From Candidatus Fervidifonticultor secundus (lineage in GTDB: Bacteria; Sysuimicrobiota; Sysuimicrobiia; Sysuimicrobiales; Humicultoraceae): a DNA stretch of 64,000 nucleotides. The DNA lies in the NCBI GenBank assembly GCA_031459385.1, contig JAVKIP010000010.1, positions 1-64,000 of the forward strand, given 5' to 3'. The notes beneath the pieces were generated by a model that had not been told where the DNA came from, ran no database searches, and was given only the letters and a program-made list of their open reading frames with translations. Shown piece by piece: positions 1 to 8,793 of this stretch; position 1 is the stretch's first letter; every line of letters begins with the position of its first letter. The position numbers were made by a program, and so were the translations under genes.

Positions 1-90
1 GGCCCCCGGCGCATCTTCGCAGCACACGACGCAGCACGTCGCGCGACGTCGCAGCGACTGCGATCGCACCGTCGCCGACGCTACCGGCCC

Positions 91-876
91 ATGAGGGGTG
101 ATCGGTCTGTGTCCGTCACCGTCGACATGACCGACCAGGTCGCCTGGATCACCGTGTCGCGGCCCGAAGCCCGCAACGCCATGACCTTCGCCATGTACGA
201 CGCCCTCCTGGCTGCGCTGGCCGACCTCGATGTGCAGGAGGCGGTGCGCGTCGTGGTCATCCGCGGCGGCGGCGGCACGTTCGTTGCGGGCACCGACATC
301 GCCGAGTTCCGCGGCCTGCACACCGAAGCCGATGCGCTGGCGTACGAGCGTCGGATGGACAGCGTCGTGGGGCGGGTCGAGCGGATGCGCAAGGTCACCA
401 TCGCGATGATCGAGGGCTTTGCCACCGGCGGCGGCCTGACCATCGCGCTGGCGTGCGACCTGCGCTACGCGGCCGCCACGGCCCGGCTGGGGATTCCCAT
501 CGCGCGCACGCTGGGCAACTGCCTCTCGATCGCCAACTGTGCTCGCCTCCTTGACGCCGTCGGGCCCGCGCGCGCAAAGGACCTGCTCCTGACGGCCCGG
601 CTGCTGTCGGCGGACGAGGCCCGTGCGGCCGGCCTGGTGACCGACGTCGTGGCCCCCGAGCGGCTGGAGGCCCACGTGCGCGAGGTCGCAGCCGTCATCG
701 GCAGCCACGCGCCGCTCACGCTGGAGGTCTCGAAGGAGGCGATCCGGCGGATCCTCGAGCACGGGCGCAGCGCAGCGGGCGACGACCTGATCCTGCGCTG
801 CTATCTGAGCGAGGACTTCCGCGAGGGAGTCGGCGCCTTCCTGGACAAGCGGCCGCCCAGGTGGAAGGGGCGCTGA
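91..876 (+). CDS. Enoyl-CoA hydratase/isomerase (crotonase superfamily)
   Basis: RPEARNAM, FVAGTDI oxyanion motif, GGGLTIALACDLR, C-terminal DFREGVGAFLDKRPPRWKGR. Confidence 0.9.
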   Translation: MRGDRSVSVTVDMTDQVAWITVSRPEARNAMTFAMYDALLAALADLDVQEAVRVVVIRGGGGTFVAGTDIAEFRGLHTEADALAYERRMDSVVGRVERMRKVTIAMIEGFATGGGLTIALACDLRYAAATARLGIPIARTLGNCLSIANCARLLDAVGPARAKDLLLTARLLSADEARAAGLVTDVVAPERLEAHVREVAAVIGSHAPLTLEVSKEAIRRILEHGRSAAGDDLILRCYLSEDFREGVGAFLDKRPPRWKGR

Positions 877-922
877 CGCCCGTGGGCGGCGTCGGCGGCT
901 GCGTGATGCGAGACTATCCCGT

Positions 923-2164
923 TCATGCCCGTCGTCCTGATCGTAGTGGCGCCGGTTGTGTCTGTGCCGGCGGTGCCTCTGTTCCTGCCGACGCTCCCGC
1001 AGGGTTGCCGAGCAGGAACTCCTGGGTGGCCACCACGCCCCGGCCCACCGGGACCGGCACGCCTGCCCCATGCAGCGCCATCTCGCACCCCGCCACGGTG
1101 GCGATCACCTCGAGGTCGTGCAGCCAGCCCAGGTGGCCAATGCGAAAGACCCGGCCCCGCAGGCGGCCCAGGCCGGTGCCGAGGGCCAGGTGGAGGCGCT
1201 CGGCTGCGCGCAGGACCGCCCCGGCGTCGTGCGGCGGCGGGACTACCACCGCGGTGAGGGTGTGCGATCGCTCGGCGGGCTCTTCGCAGAGCATCGCCAG
1301 CCCCCACGCCGCCACCGCGCGGCGCACAGCCTCGGCCAGCCGGGCGTGCCGCGCAAAGACCGCAGGCAGCCCTTCTTCGTGCAACATCCGCAGCGCCTCG
1401 CGCAGGCCGTAGAGCAGCAGCGTGGCCGGTGTGTACGGGAAGTAGCCGCGGCGCATCTCCGCCAGCACGGGGCGCCAGTCGAAGAAGGCGCGCGGCAGGC
1501 CCGCGCGCTCGCCCGCGGCGACTGCCCGGGGGCCCAGGCACAGGATCGCCAGGCCCGGGGGCAGCATGAGCCCCTTCTGCGCCCCGCACAGGGCCAGGTC
1601 GACCTCCCACTCGTCGAAGCGGAAGTCGATGCTGGCCAGCGAGGAGACCACGTCCACGAGCAACAGCGCCGGATGGCCGGCCGCGCGCATCGCCTCGCGA
1701 ATCGCCCGCACGTCGCTGGTGGCGCCGGTAGACGTCTCATTGTGCACCACCAGCACGGCGCGGTAGGTGTGGTCACGGTCCTGTGCCAGACGGTCACGCA
1801 CGAGGTCGGCGGGCACGCCGCGGCTCCAGGGAAGGTCGACCGCATCGACGCGGAGGCCCAGGCGGCGGGCGGTCTCGGCATAGAGGTGGCTGAAGTGCCC
1901 GTGGTGGAAGGCCAGCACGCGGTCGCCGGGGCTCAGGGTGTTGACCAGCGAGGCCTCCCACGCCCCGGTCCCTGAACTCGGATAGATGACGATCTCGCCC
2001 TGGGAGGTCTGGAAGACCCGCCTGAGCCCCAGGACGACCTCCTCCACGAGCGCCGGCATCTCCGGTCCGCGGTGATCCGGCACCGGGCGATCCATCGCCC
2101 GCAGGATGCGGTCGGGCACATTCGTGGGGCCGGGGATCTGGAGGAAGGGACGCCCGGGCCTCAT
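923..2164 (-). CDS. Class V PLP aminotransferase (serine/alanine-glyoxylate aminotransferase-like)
   Basis: IPGPT, VHNETSTG, VDVVSS, GAQKGLM (PLP Lys), FPYTP, FRIGHLG. Confidence 0.92.
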   Translation of the reverse strand: MRPGRPFLQIPGPTNVPDRILRAMDRPVPDHRGPEMPALVEEVVLGLRRVFQTSQGEIVIYPSSGTGAWEASLVNTLSPGDRVLAFHHGHFSHLYAETARRLGLRVDAVDLPWSRGVPADLVRDRLAQDRDHTYRAVLVVHNETSTGATSDVRAIREAMRAAGHPALLLVDVVSSLASIDFRFDEWEVDLALCGAQKGLMLPPGLAILCLGPRAVAAGERAGLPRAFFDWRPVLAEMRRGYFPYTPATLLLYGLREALRMLHEEGLPAVFARHARLAEAVRRAVAAWGLAMLCEEPAERSHTLTAVVVPPPHDAGAVLRAAERLHLALGTGLGRLRGRVFRIGHLGWLHDLEVIATVAGCEMALHGAGVPVPVGRGVVATQEFLLGNPAGASAGTEAPPAQTQPAPLRSGRRA

Positions 2165-2204
2165 CGCCGCGCTCTTCGGCGCGCCGCCTCCGGGTCCTCC
2201 ACCG

Positions 2205-2951
2205 CTAGCGCACGGCGCGCACGAACGGGTCCATCTTCTGCACCAGCGCGACGCCCTGGGGCGTCAGCGAGTACAGCGTGCCCTTGCCGCGCTGGAGGCC
2301 GACGATCTCGATCTGGCCTCTCGCCACAGCGGCCCGACACGCCGCGAACACGGCGTGGGGCGACAGCCCCGCGCGGTCGGCGATCTCCAGCGCCGGGAGG
2401 CCGCGCCGGAACCAGCACTCCGCGGCGTACAGGGCCCGGAGGACGGCGTCGACCCAGGCCTGCACCTCCGCAGGGCTGGGGCCCTCGGCCCGGCGGCCAC
2501 CCGCTGGCCCTTCGTCGGTCGTCCGCGGGGAGCCGGCGGCGCGGGGGTCGCTGCGAACGCCCGCAGGCCACCTGGGCGCGCCGTCCTGCCCGCGTGCCGC
2601 GGTCTTGCGCGAGCGCAGTTCGTGCAACTGCTTCCCCAGCGGCAGGGCGCGCCATGGAACCCGCTGGGGCGCATCGCACCCGGCGTCGAATCCCAGCAGG
2701 AAGGCGTACAGCCACTCGTGCAGCGCCTCGGGGCCCAACCACGGCGACATCTGAAAACTGATCGTCTCCCCATCCCCCGGCTCGGCGGCGGACTTCGGGG
2801 ACCACCGCCGCTGCTCGCCGGTCTCCCACAGGCACTCGACGATGCAGCCGGTCTCGCCGTCGTCCGACCACTCCACGCTCAGCGAGAGACCTGTGAGCTC
2901 GGACACGCGGTCGAGCTCCCGGTAGAGCGCCTCCTTCGAAGCCGTGTTCAC
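2205..2951 (-). CDS. Hypothetical protein with probable C-terminal winged-helix domain
   Basis: GTG at 2951 after GGGAG; protein-like composition; C-terminal ALEIADRAGLSPHAV...YSLTPQG resembles a wHTH. The upstream part of the 2205..3965 ORF is the shadow of the opposite gene. Confidence 0.6.
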   Translation of the reverse strand: MNTASKEALYRELDRVSELTGLSLSVEWSDDGETGCIVECLWETGEQRRWSPKSAAEPGDGETISFQMSPWLGPEALHEWLYAFLLGFDAGCDAPQRVPWRALPLGKQLHELRSRKTAARGQDGAPRWPAGVRSDPRAAGSPRTTDEGPAGGRRAEGPSPAEVQAWVDAVLRALYAAECWFRRGLPALEIADRAGLSPHAVFAACRAAVARGQIEIVGLQRGKGTLYSLTPQGVALVQKMDPFVRAVR

Positions 2952-3076
2952 GGCAGCCACTCCCGCGCCGCCATCGGCGCGCACCTCATCCCGTCTCGCA
3001 GGGCCGTTCCTCTTCTGGGAAACTTCCGGTTTCTCCTTCAGGAAGCTCGCGGGAACCTCTCGTCGGGGCACTGCAC

Positions 3077-3119
3077 TTGTCGCAGCCTTGACACAGAGTT
3101 CACACTGCCATTGTATGCT
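3077..3119 (+). promoter_or_regulatory. Pho-box-like 11-bp direct repeats and -10 element upstream of the DUF47-wHTH gene
   Basis: TTGTCG (3077), TTGACA (3088), TTCACA (3099) at 11-bp period; TATGCT at 3114-3119. Confidence 0.6.
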
Positions 3120-3186
3120 CACCGGTAAGACGGCGATCCCCGGGGGCCCACGAGGGTCGCGTGCCCGCGTGACGGAGGCGCTCGAC

Positions 3187-4140
3187 GTGACACCACCATC
3201 CCTGTCCCACCCTGCGAAGCCTGCGGCTTCCCTGGCGGCCGTGCGGCACGGGCGTGCCCTGCTCGAAGAGATGGCGGCCACGATCGAGCAGGCCGCCGTG
3301 GCCCTGGCGGCCGTCCTCGACCGCCGCGCCCCGGCGGAGGCGACCTGGCAGACGATCCGCGACCAGGAACACAAGGGCGACGCCATCGCCCGTGACCTGT
3401 TCGACCTGCTGGCAGCGGGTGGAGAGGTGCCCGTCGACCGTCCGGCCCTCCAGGCGCTGGTAGGGCTGCTGGACGACGTGCTGGACGCCATCGAGGCAGC
3501 GGCAGCCCGTCTGGCCATCCACCGGGTGCGCCGGCCGATCCAGCCCGCGCAGGCGCTGGGGCAGGCGGTGCTCGAGGCAGCGCGCGAGCTGCACCAGGCG
3601 ATCGCGGCCCTGGGCCGCGCGGCCGACATCTTCCCCCACACCCGCGCGCTGCACCGCCAGGAGAACCACGCCGACGACGTGCTGCGCGAGGCGATCGAGC
3701 ATCTCTTCGCCAACGGCGCCAGCGCCCGGGACATCATCAAGTGGAAGGACATCTGCGAGTTCCTGGAGGCGGCCACTGACCGGTGCGAGGACATCGCCAA
3801 CGTGCTGGAGACCCTGGTGGTGCGTGCTGGCCACGAGGGCCGGCTCACGGCAGGGCACGTGGTCCTGGACGTGGAGCGCCACGAGGTGACGGTTGCGGGC
3901 CAGCCGGTGCCGGTTTCGGTCAAAGAGTTCGAGGTGCTGCGCCTGCTGCTGCGCCACCAGGGCAAGGTGGTGCGTCGCCAGCGCCTGCTGCACGACGTCT
4001 GGGGCGACGACTACGTGGGCGACACGCGTACGCTGGACACACACGTCGGGTGGCTGCGCAAGAAGCTGGAAGCCCGGGGTGGCGTGCGCCTGGTCAGCGT
4101 GCGCGGTATCGGCTACCGGCTGGATCTGGTGCGCGCCTGA
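3187..4140 (+). CDS. DUF47/PhoU-like domain fused to an OmpR/PhoB-type winged-helix DNA-binding domain (no receiver domain)
   Basis: GGAGG at 3174 then GTG; EHKGD, LDDVLD, ENHAD, IIKWKDICEFLEAATDRCEDIANVLE (DUF47); KEFEVL, LLHDVWG, TRTLDTHVGWLRKKL, VRGIGYRL (Trans_reg_C). Confidence 0.88.
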   Translation: MTPPSLSHPAKPAASLAAVRHGRALLEEMAATIEQAAVALAAVLDRRAPAEATWQTIRDQEHKGDAIARDLFDLLAAGGEVPVDRPALQALVGLLDDVLDAIEAAAARLAIHRVRRPIQPAQALGQAVLEAARELHQAIAALGRAADIFPHTRALHRQENHADDVLREAIEHLFANGASARDIIKWKDICEFLEAATDRCEDIANVLETLVVRAGHEGRLTAGHVVLDVERHEVTVAGQPVPVSVKEFEVLRLLLRHQGKVVRRQRLLHDVWGDDYVGDTRTLDTHVGWLRKKLEARGGVRLVSVRGIGYRLDLVRA

Positions 4141-4231
4141 GGCCCGGTCGGCCGGCGTGCCGGACGCCCACCGTGCACCCGGCCGCGCCACCGCCGGGAG
4201 CACCCACGCGGCCACCGGATTTAGAGCCCGC

Positions 4232-4363
4232 CTATGGCAGCGGCGCGCGCCCGCGCCACCGGCGCAAAGCCAGCCGGCCGACCAGGTAACCCTCGACCCC
4301 TTTGACCACCAGGGTTACGGGCGCGAACCGCGGCGCGGCGGCGGCAAGCTCCCTCGGCTTCAT
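4232..4363 (-). CDS. Possible 43-aa small protein
   Basis: ATG after a G-rich RBS-like stretch in the intergenic gap; no recognisable motif. Confidence 0.2.
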   Translation of the reverse strand: MKPRELAAAAPRFAPVTLVVKGVEGYLVGRLALRRWRGRAPLP

Positions 4364-4455
4364 GTCCCCACCCCGTGCATCCGGCGTCGTCTCGGTTCCG
4401 AGCCGTCGGCCAGTATACCACCGGACGGTCCGCCATGCGGACGGGCGCCAGGGGT

Positions 4456-4521
4456 TTGGCCCACCCTTCACCGACATTTCGTTGAGGGTTGACCCACTCC
4501 CGACGCGGACGACGCTAGCGT
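4456..4521 (+). promoter_or_regulatory. Pho-box-like 11-bp repeat array and -10 element of the pstS promoter
   Basis: TTGGCC (4456), TTCACC (4467), TTCGTT (4478), TTGACC (4489) at exact 11-bp period; TAGCGT at 4516-4521. Confidence 0.62.
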
Positions 4522-4644
4522 AGAGACGGCCGGGCGGAAACGACGCACCGCAACGGTCCGGACCGGACCGCACGGCGGTCTGCGCGCTACGGACATGTCG
4601 CGCCAGAGCGCACGGCGGTGATCATGCACAGGAGGTGTTCATGT

Positions 4645-5799
4645 ATGTGGAGTGCACCTCAGAACGCTGGCCGTGGCGTACGGCTCCTGCCGGTCGTCCT
4701 GCTGCTGGCGTCCCTGCTGCTTGCCACGGGGGCCGGGCACACCCAGGACAGGCTTGGCGCCACGGCCAGCCCGCCGGGCACCATCGTCGTCGACGGATCC
4801 AGCACCGTAGGTCCGCTGACCAGCGCCGTGGCCGAGGAGTTCCGGAAGACGCCTCCGGGTCGCACGGTGCGCATCACCGTGGGCATCAGCGGCACCGGCG
4901 GCGGGTTCAAGAAGTTCTGCGCCAACAGCCCCCAGTCACGAACCGACATTCAGGATGCGTCCCGGCCCATTCAGGCCGAGGAGGACGACGCCTGCCAGCG
5001 CCACGGTGTCAGCTACGTCGAGGTGCCGGTGGCCATCGACGGGCTCAGCGTCGTGGTCAACCCGCGCAACACGTGGGCCGTCTGCATGACGCTGGGGGAA
5101 CTGAAGCGCATCTGGGAGCCTGGCGCCGAGCGTCGCGTCACGTCGTGGCGCCAGGTGCGGGGGACCTTCCCGGATCGGCCGCTGCGCCTGGCGGGGGCCG
5201 GCGCCGACTCCGGGACCTTCGACAGCTTCACCGAAATGGTGGTCGGCAAAGCCAAGGCCAGCCGCGGCGACTACCTGGCCACCGAGGACGACAACGTCAT
5301 CGTGCAGTTCGTGCAACGCGACGACGGCGGGCTGGGCTACTTCGGGCTGGCCTACCTCGAGGAGAACCTGGGCCGGTTGAAGGGCGTGGCCATCGACCCC
5401 AGCGACCGGGTCGACCTCGCCTCCGACGCCGAGTGCCGCGGGGTGACGCCCGACTTCGAGAACACCAAGACCGGCCGCTACCCGCTCACCCGGCCCCTCT
5501 TCATCTACCTGAACCGCACCAGCGCCCTGGCCAGGCCCGAGGTGCGGCAGTTCGCCGCGTGGTTTGTGGGGCAGGCGACCGGTGTCAATCTGGCGGTGGA
5601 CGACCCACGCCGTGGCGGTACCAAGACCAACCTGACCCGCTCGGTAGGGTACGTGGAGCTGCCCCAGGAGGTCTACGCTGCGGCCCGCCGCTGCGTCGCG
5701 CAGCTGCGCCCGGGCACGGCCTTCACGGAGGGCGGCAAGGCGGCGGGGCACGCCACGCTCCGGCAGGTGAGTACCGTCTACGTGCGCCACTGCCAGTGA
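4645..5799 (+). CDS. pstS: Phosphate ABC transporter substrate-binding protein
   Basis: Signal peptide; [47 protein letters not shown] at 4631. Confidence 0.95.
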   Translation: MWSAPQNAGRGVRLLPVVLLLASLLLATGAGHTQDRLGATASPPGTIVVDGSSTVGPLTSAVAEEFRKTPPGRTVRITVGISGTGGGFKKFCANSPQSRTDIQDASRPIQAEEDDACQRHGVSYVEVPVAIDGLSVVVNPRNTWAVCMTLGELKRIWEPGAERRVTSWRQVRGTFPDRPLRLAGAGADSGTFDSFTEMVVGKAKASRGDYLATEDDNVIVQFVQRDDGGLGYFGLAYLEENLGRLKGVAIDPSDRVDLASDAECRGVTPDFENTKTGRYPLTRPLFIYLNRTSALARPEVRQFAAWFVGQATGVNLAVDDPRRGGTKTNLTRSVGYVELPQEVYAAARRCVAQLRPGTAFTEGGKAAGHATLRQVSTVYVRHCQ

Positions 5800-6869
5800 C
5801 CGACGTGCACACGAAGCCGCACGTCGCAGCGGCCGGGGCCGCAAGCAAGGACACGGCCCCGGCTGTCCGGCAGCGGGGACACCCGCGGGAGCCGCAGCGG
5901 CGAAGCGAAGCAGCCGTGCGCTGGCTCCTGGCGGGCAGCGCGTATCTCTCCATCGCCGTCACGGTCGGCATCGCCACCGTGCTGGTCTACGAGACGGTGC
6001 AGTTCTTCCGGCTGCCCCTCGACGCCGCCGACCCGGCGCAGGTGGCCCGCCGCGCCGACCTGCGGCGGTTCGCCGAGGCCCGTCCCGACCTGGTGGGCCG
6101 ACCGCTGATGCTGGTCCGGGAGTTCGTCACCGAGACGATCTGGAGCCCGCTGTTTGCCACCAAGCGGTTCGGCGTCCTGCCGCTGGTCGCGGGCACGATC
6201 GTCACGAGCACCATCGCCCTGGCGGTGGCCGTGCCGCTGGGGTTGCTGGCGGCAGTTTACCTCAGCGAGATCGCCACACCTCGGCTGCGCACGCGGCTGA
6301 AGCCGGCCCTGGAGGTGCTTGCCGGGATTCCCACCATCGTCTACGGCTACTTCGCCCTGACGTTCGTCACACCGTGGCTGCAGGACCACGTCTTTGGGAG
6401 CCGGCTTGCAGGACAGAACGCCCTGGCGGCCGGGATCGTCATGGGAATGATGATCGTGCCCCTGGTGGCCTCGCTCAGTGAGGACGCCCTGCGCGCCGTG
6501 CCGCTGGAGCTCCGCCATGGGGCCTACGCCCTGGGCGCCACGCCCCTGGAGGTTGTGTGGAGAGTGGTGGTGCCGGCCGCCGCCTCCGGCGTGGGCGCCG
6601 CCTGCCTCCTGGCGCTCTCTCGAGCCGTAGGCGAGACGATGATCGTCGCCCTGGCGGCCGGGCAGATGCCCGCCTGGACGTTCAACCCGCTGGACGCCGT
6701 GGAGACCCTCACGGCCTTCATCGTGCAGGTGAGCCTGGGCGATACCCCGTACGGCTCGGTGGAGTACCGCACCCTCTTTGCGGCCGGCATGCTGCTGTTC
6801 ATCATGACGGCGGTGATGAACGTCACCAGCGTCTTGCTGATCCGCCGGGTCCGGGAGCGCTACGGATGA
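5796..6869 (+). CDS. pstC: Phosphate ABC transporter permease PstC
   Basis: GTGA overlap with the pstS stop; [25 protein letters not shown]. Confidence 0.95.
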   Translation: MTDVHTKPHVAAAGAASKDTAPAVRQRGHPREPQRRSEAAVRWLLAGSAYLSIAVTVGIATVLVYETVQFFRLPLDAADPAQVARRADLRRFAEARPDLVGRPLMLVREFVTETIWSPLFATKRFGVLPLVAGTIVTSTIALAVAVPLGLLAAVYLSEIATPRLRTRLKPALEVLAGIPTIVYGYFALTFVTPWLQDHVFGSRLAGQNALAAGIVMGMMIVPLVASLSEDALRAVPLELRHGAYALGATPLEVVWRVVVPAAASGVGAACLLALSRAVGETMIVALAAGQMPAWTFNPLDAVETLTAFIVQVSLGDTPYGSVEYRTLFAAGMLLFIMTAVMNVTSVLLIRRVRERYG

Positions 6870-7750
6870 GCGTGGCCCTGGCCATGCATCCGACGTGGGG
6901 TCGTCGGCTGCAACGACGGGCCGCCGCCGCGCGAGGCTTCGTCGCTGCCTGCCAGCTGGCAACCCTGACGGGTCTGGCCTTCCTGGGGTTCCTGCTGGCC
7001 GACGTGGCTCAAGACGCCCGCCTGTCCCTGGGACCACACCTGGTGACCGCCTACCCATCCCGGTTTCCCGCCCAGGCCGGCTACGCCAGCGCGCTGGCCG
7101 GCACTGTGCTGGTCATCGGCCTGATGGCGTTCCTGGCCTTCCCCGTGGGGGTGGCCGCCGCGGTCTACCTGGCCGAGTACGCGCCCGCCGGCCGGCTCAC
7201 CGCGGCCCTGCAGGTCAACATCGCGAACCTGGCGGCGGTGCCGTCGGTACTCTACGGCCTGCTAGGTCTGGGGGTCTTCGTGGAAGCGCTGCGCATGGGC
7301 AAGAGCGTGCTGGCGGGAGCCTGCACCCTGGCCCTGCTGGTACTCCCCCTGACGATCCTGGCGACCCGCGAAGCCCTCGACGGTGTTCCCCGCTCCATCC
7401 GCGAGGCCGCCTACGCCCTGGGCGCCACGCGGTGGCAGGTGGTGCGCCATCAGGTCCTGCCCGCTGCCGCACCGGGGATCTTCACCGGGGTCATCCTGGC
7501 CCTCTCACGGGCCGTGGGCGAAACCGCGCCGCTCATCATGCTGGGCGCGCTGCAGTACGTGCCGTTCCTCCCGCGCGGCCTCGGGGACTACTTCACGGTC
7601 CTGCCGATCCAGATCTTCAACTACGTGTCGCTGCCACAGCCGGCCTTCCACCGGGTGGCTGCCGCGGGCATCGTCCTGCTGCTGACCGTGCTGCTGGGGC
7701 TGAACGGCACGGCGATCTGGCTGCGGAACCGGTGGCAGGTGCGCTGGTAA
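6866..7750 (+). CDS. pstA: Phosphate ABC transporter permease PstA
   Basis: ATGA overlap; [32 protein letters not shown]. Confidence 0.95.
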   Translation: MSVALAMHPTWGRRLQRRAAAARGFVAACQLATLTGLAFLGFLLADVAQDARLSLGPHLVTAYPSRFPAQAGYASALAGTVLVIGLMAFLAFPVGVAAAVYLAEYAPAGRLTAALQVNIANLAAVPSVLYGLLGLGVFVEALRMGKSVLAGACTLALLVLPLTILATREALDGVPRSIREAAYALGATRWQVVRHQVLPAAAPGIFTGVILALSRAVGETAPLIMLGALQYVPFLPRGLGDYFTVLPIQIFNYVSLPQPAFHRVAAAGIVLLLTVLLGLNGTAIWLRNRWQVRW

Positions 7751-7776
7751 GTCACCGCGGCAGAGGAGGGCAGGTA

Positions 7777-8595
7777 ATGGGACAGGCCATCGACACACGG
7801 CCCCGGCCGACGGCGCCGGCTGAATCCCTCGCGGCTTCCGAGCCGGTGCTGGCCGTGCAAGATCTCCGGGTGTGGTACGGCACACGACCGGCGCTGCGAG
7901 GTATCACCTTCGATATTCCCGCGCGGCGTATCACGGCCGTCATCGGGCCGTCGGGCTCGGGCAAGAGCACCCTGATCCGGTGTCTCAATCGCATGAACGA
8001 TCTGCTGCCCGGCACCCGCGTCGAAGGGAGCGTGCGATTCCACGGCCAGGATCTCTACGCCCCGGGGGTCGATCCCGTCGCCGTCCGCATACGCATCGGC
8101 ATGGTGTTCCAGAAGCCCAACCCCTTCCCCAGGTCGATCTACGAGAACGTGGCCTTCGGGATACGCCTGCACTGGCGCCTGTCGCGTCGCGACCTGGACG
8201 ACCGGGTGGAGCGGGCGCTGCGGCAGGCCGCGCTGTGGGACGAGGTCAAAGACGTGCTGCACACCCGCGGCGGCCTGGAGGTCTCGGGCGGCCAGCAGCA
8301 GCGCCTGTGCATCGCGCGCGCCCTGGCCGTGGAGCCCGAGGTGCTCCTGATGGACGAACCGTGCTCGGCGCTGGACCCGTCCGCGACGGCCCGCATCGAG
8401 GAACTCATGGTGCAGCTGGCCAGCGCCTACACCATCGTCATCGTCACGCACAACATGCAGCAGGCGGCCAGGGTCTCGCACGTCACCGCGTTCCTGCTGG
8501 AGGGGATGCTGGTGGAGGTGGGGCCTACTGCCGGCCTCTTCACGCGGCCGCGAGACCGCCGGACGGAAGACTACATTACCGGTCGGTTCGGATGA
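7777..8595 (+). CDS. pstB: Phosphate ABC transporter ATP-binding protein
   Basis: [51 protein letters not shown]. Confidence 0.97.
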   Translation: MGQAIDTRPRPTAPAESLAASEPVLAVQDLRVWYGTRPALRGITFDIPARRITAVIGPSGSGKSTLIRCLNRMNDLLPGTRVEGSVRFHGQDLYAPGVDPVAVRIRIGMVFQKPNPFPRSIYENVAFGIRLHWRLSRRDLDDRVERALRQAALWDEVKDVLHTRGGLEVSGGQQQRLCIARALAVEPEVLLMDEPCSALDPSATARIEELMVQLASAYTIVIVTHNMQQAARVSHVTAFLLEGMLVEVGPTAGLFTRPRDRRTEDYITGRFG

Positions 8596-8785
8596 GGGGG
8601 ACCGCCGCGCACCGCGGGGACGGCCACGGCCGGGACGCCTTCCGCCGTGAGCGTGTCGACGATGGCCGGCGGACCCACGCCTCCCTCCCCACAGCCTCCG
8701 AAGACTGGCGCAGATGGAAGAGCTGGTCCAGAGCCGAGCGGGTAGTCTACATCGTCACGGGAGAGTGCAAGACATCGCCGTATAG
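8592..8785 (+). pseudogene. phoU: Probable internally deleted phoU remnant
   Basis: ATGA coupled to the pstB stop; LAQMEELVQ (8705-8731) directly followed in another frame by AERVVYIVTGE (8733-8765), which resembles the PhoU C-terminus. Confidence 0.5.
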
Positions 8786-8793
8786 CGGCGCGC

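Noticed and set aside
17..70. Short GCAGCAC/CGACG repeats at the window start
   Set aside because: Irregular, low-complexity GC-rich sequence with no consistent period.
4635..5795. Apparent 744-aa PstC with long N-terminal extension (likewise PstA, PstB, RodA, MvhD, CcmB ORF extensions)
   Set aside because: The extensions overlap upstream genes in another frame; the real starts coincide with stop/start overlaps or an RBS.
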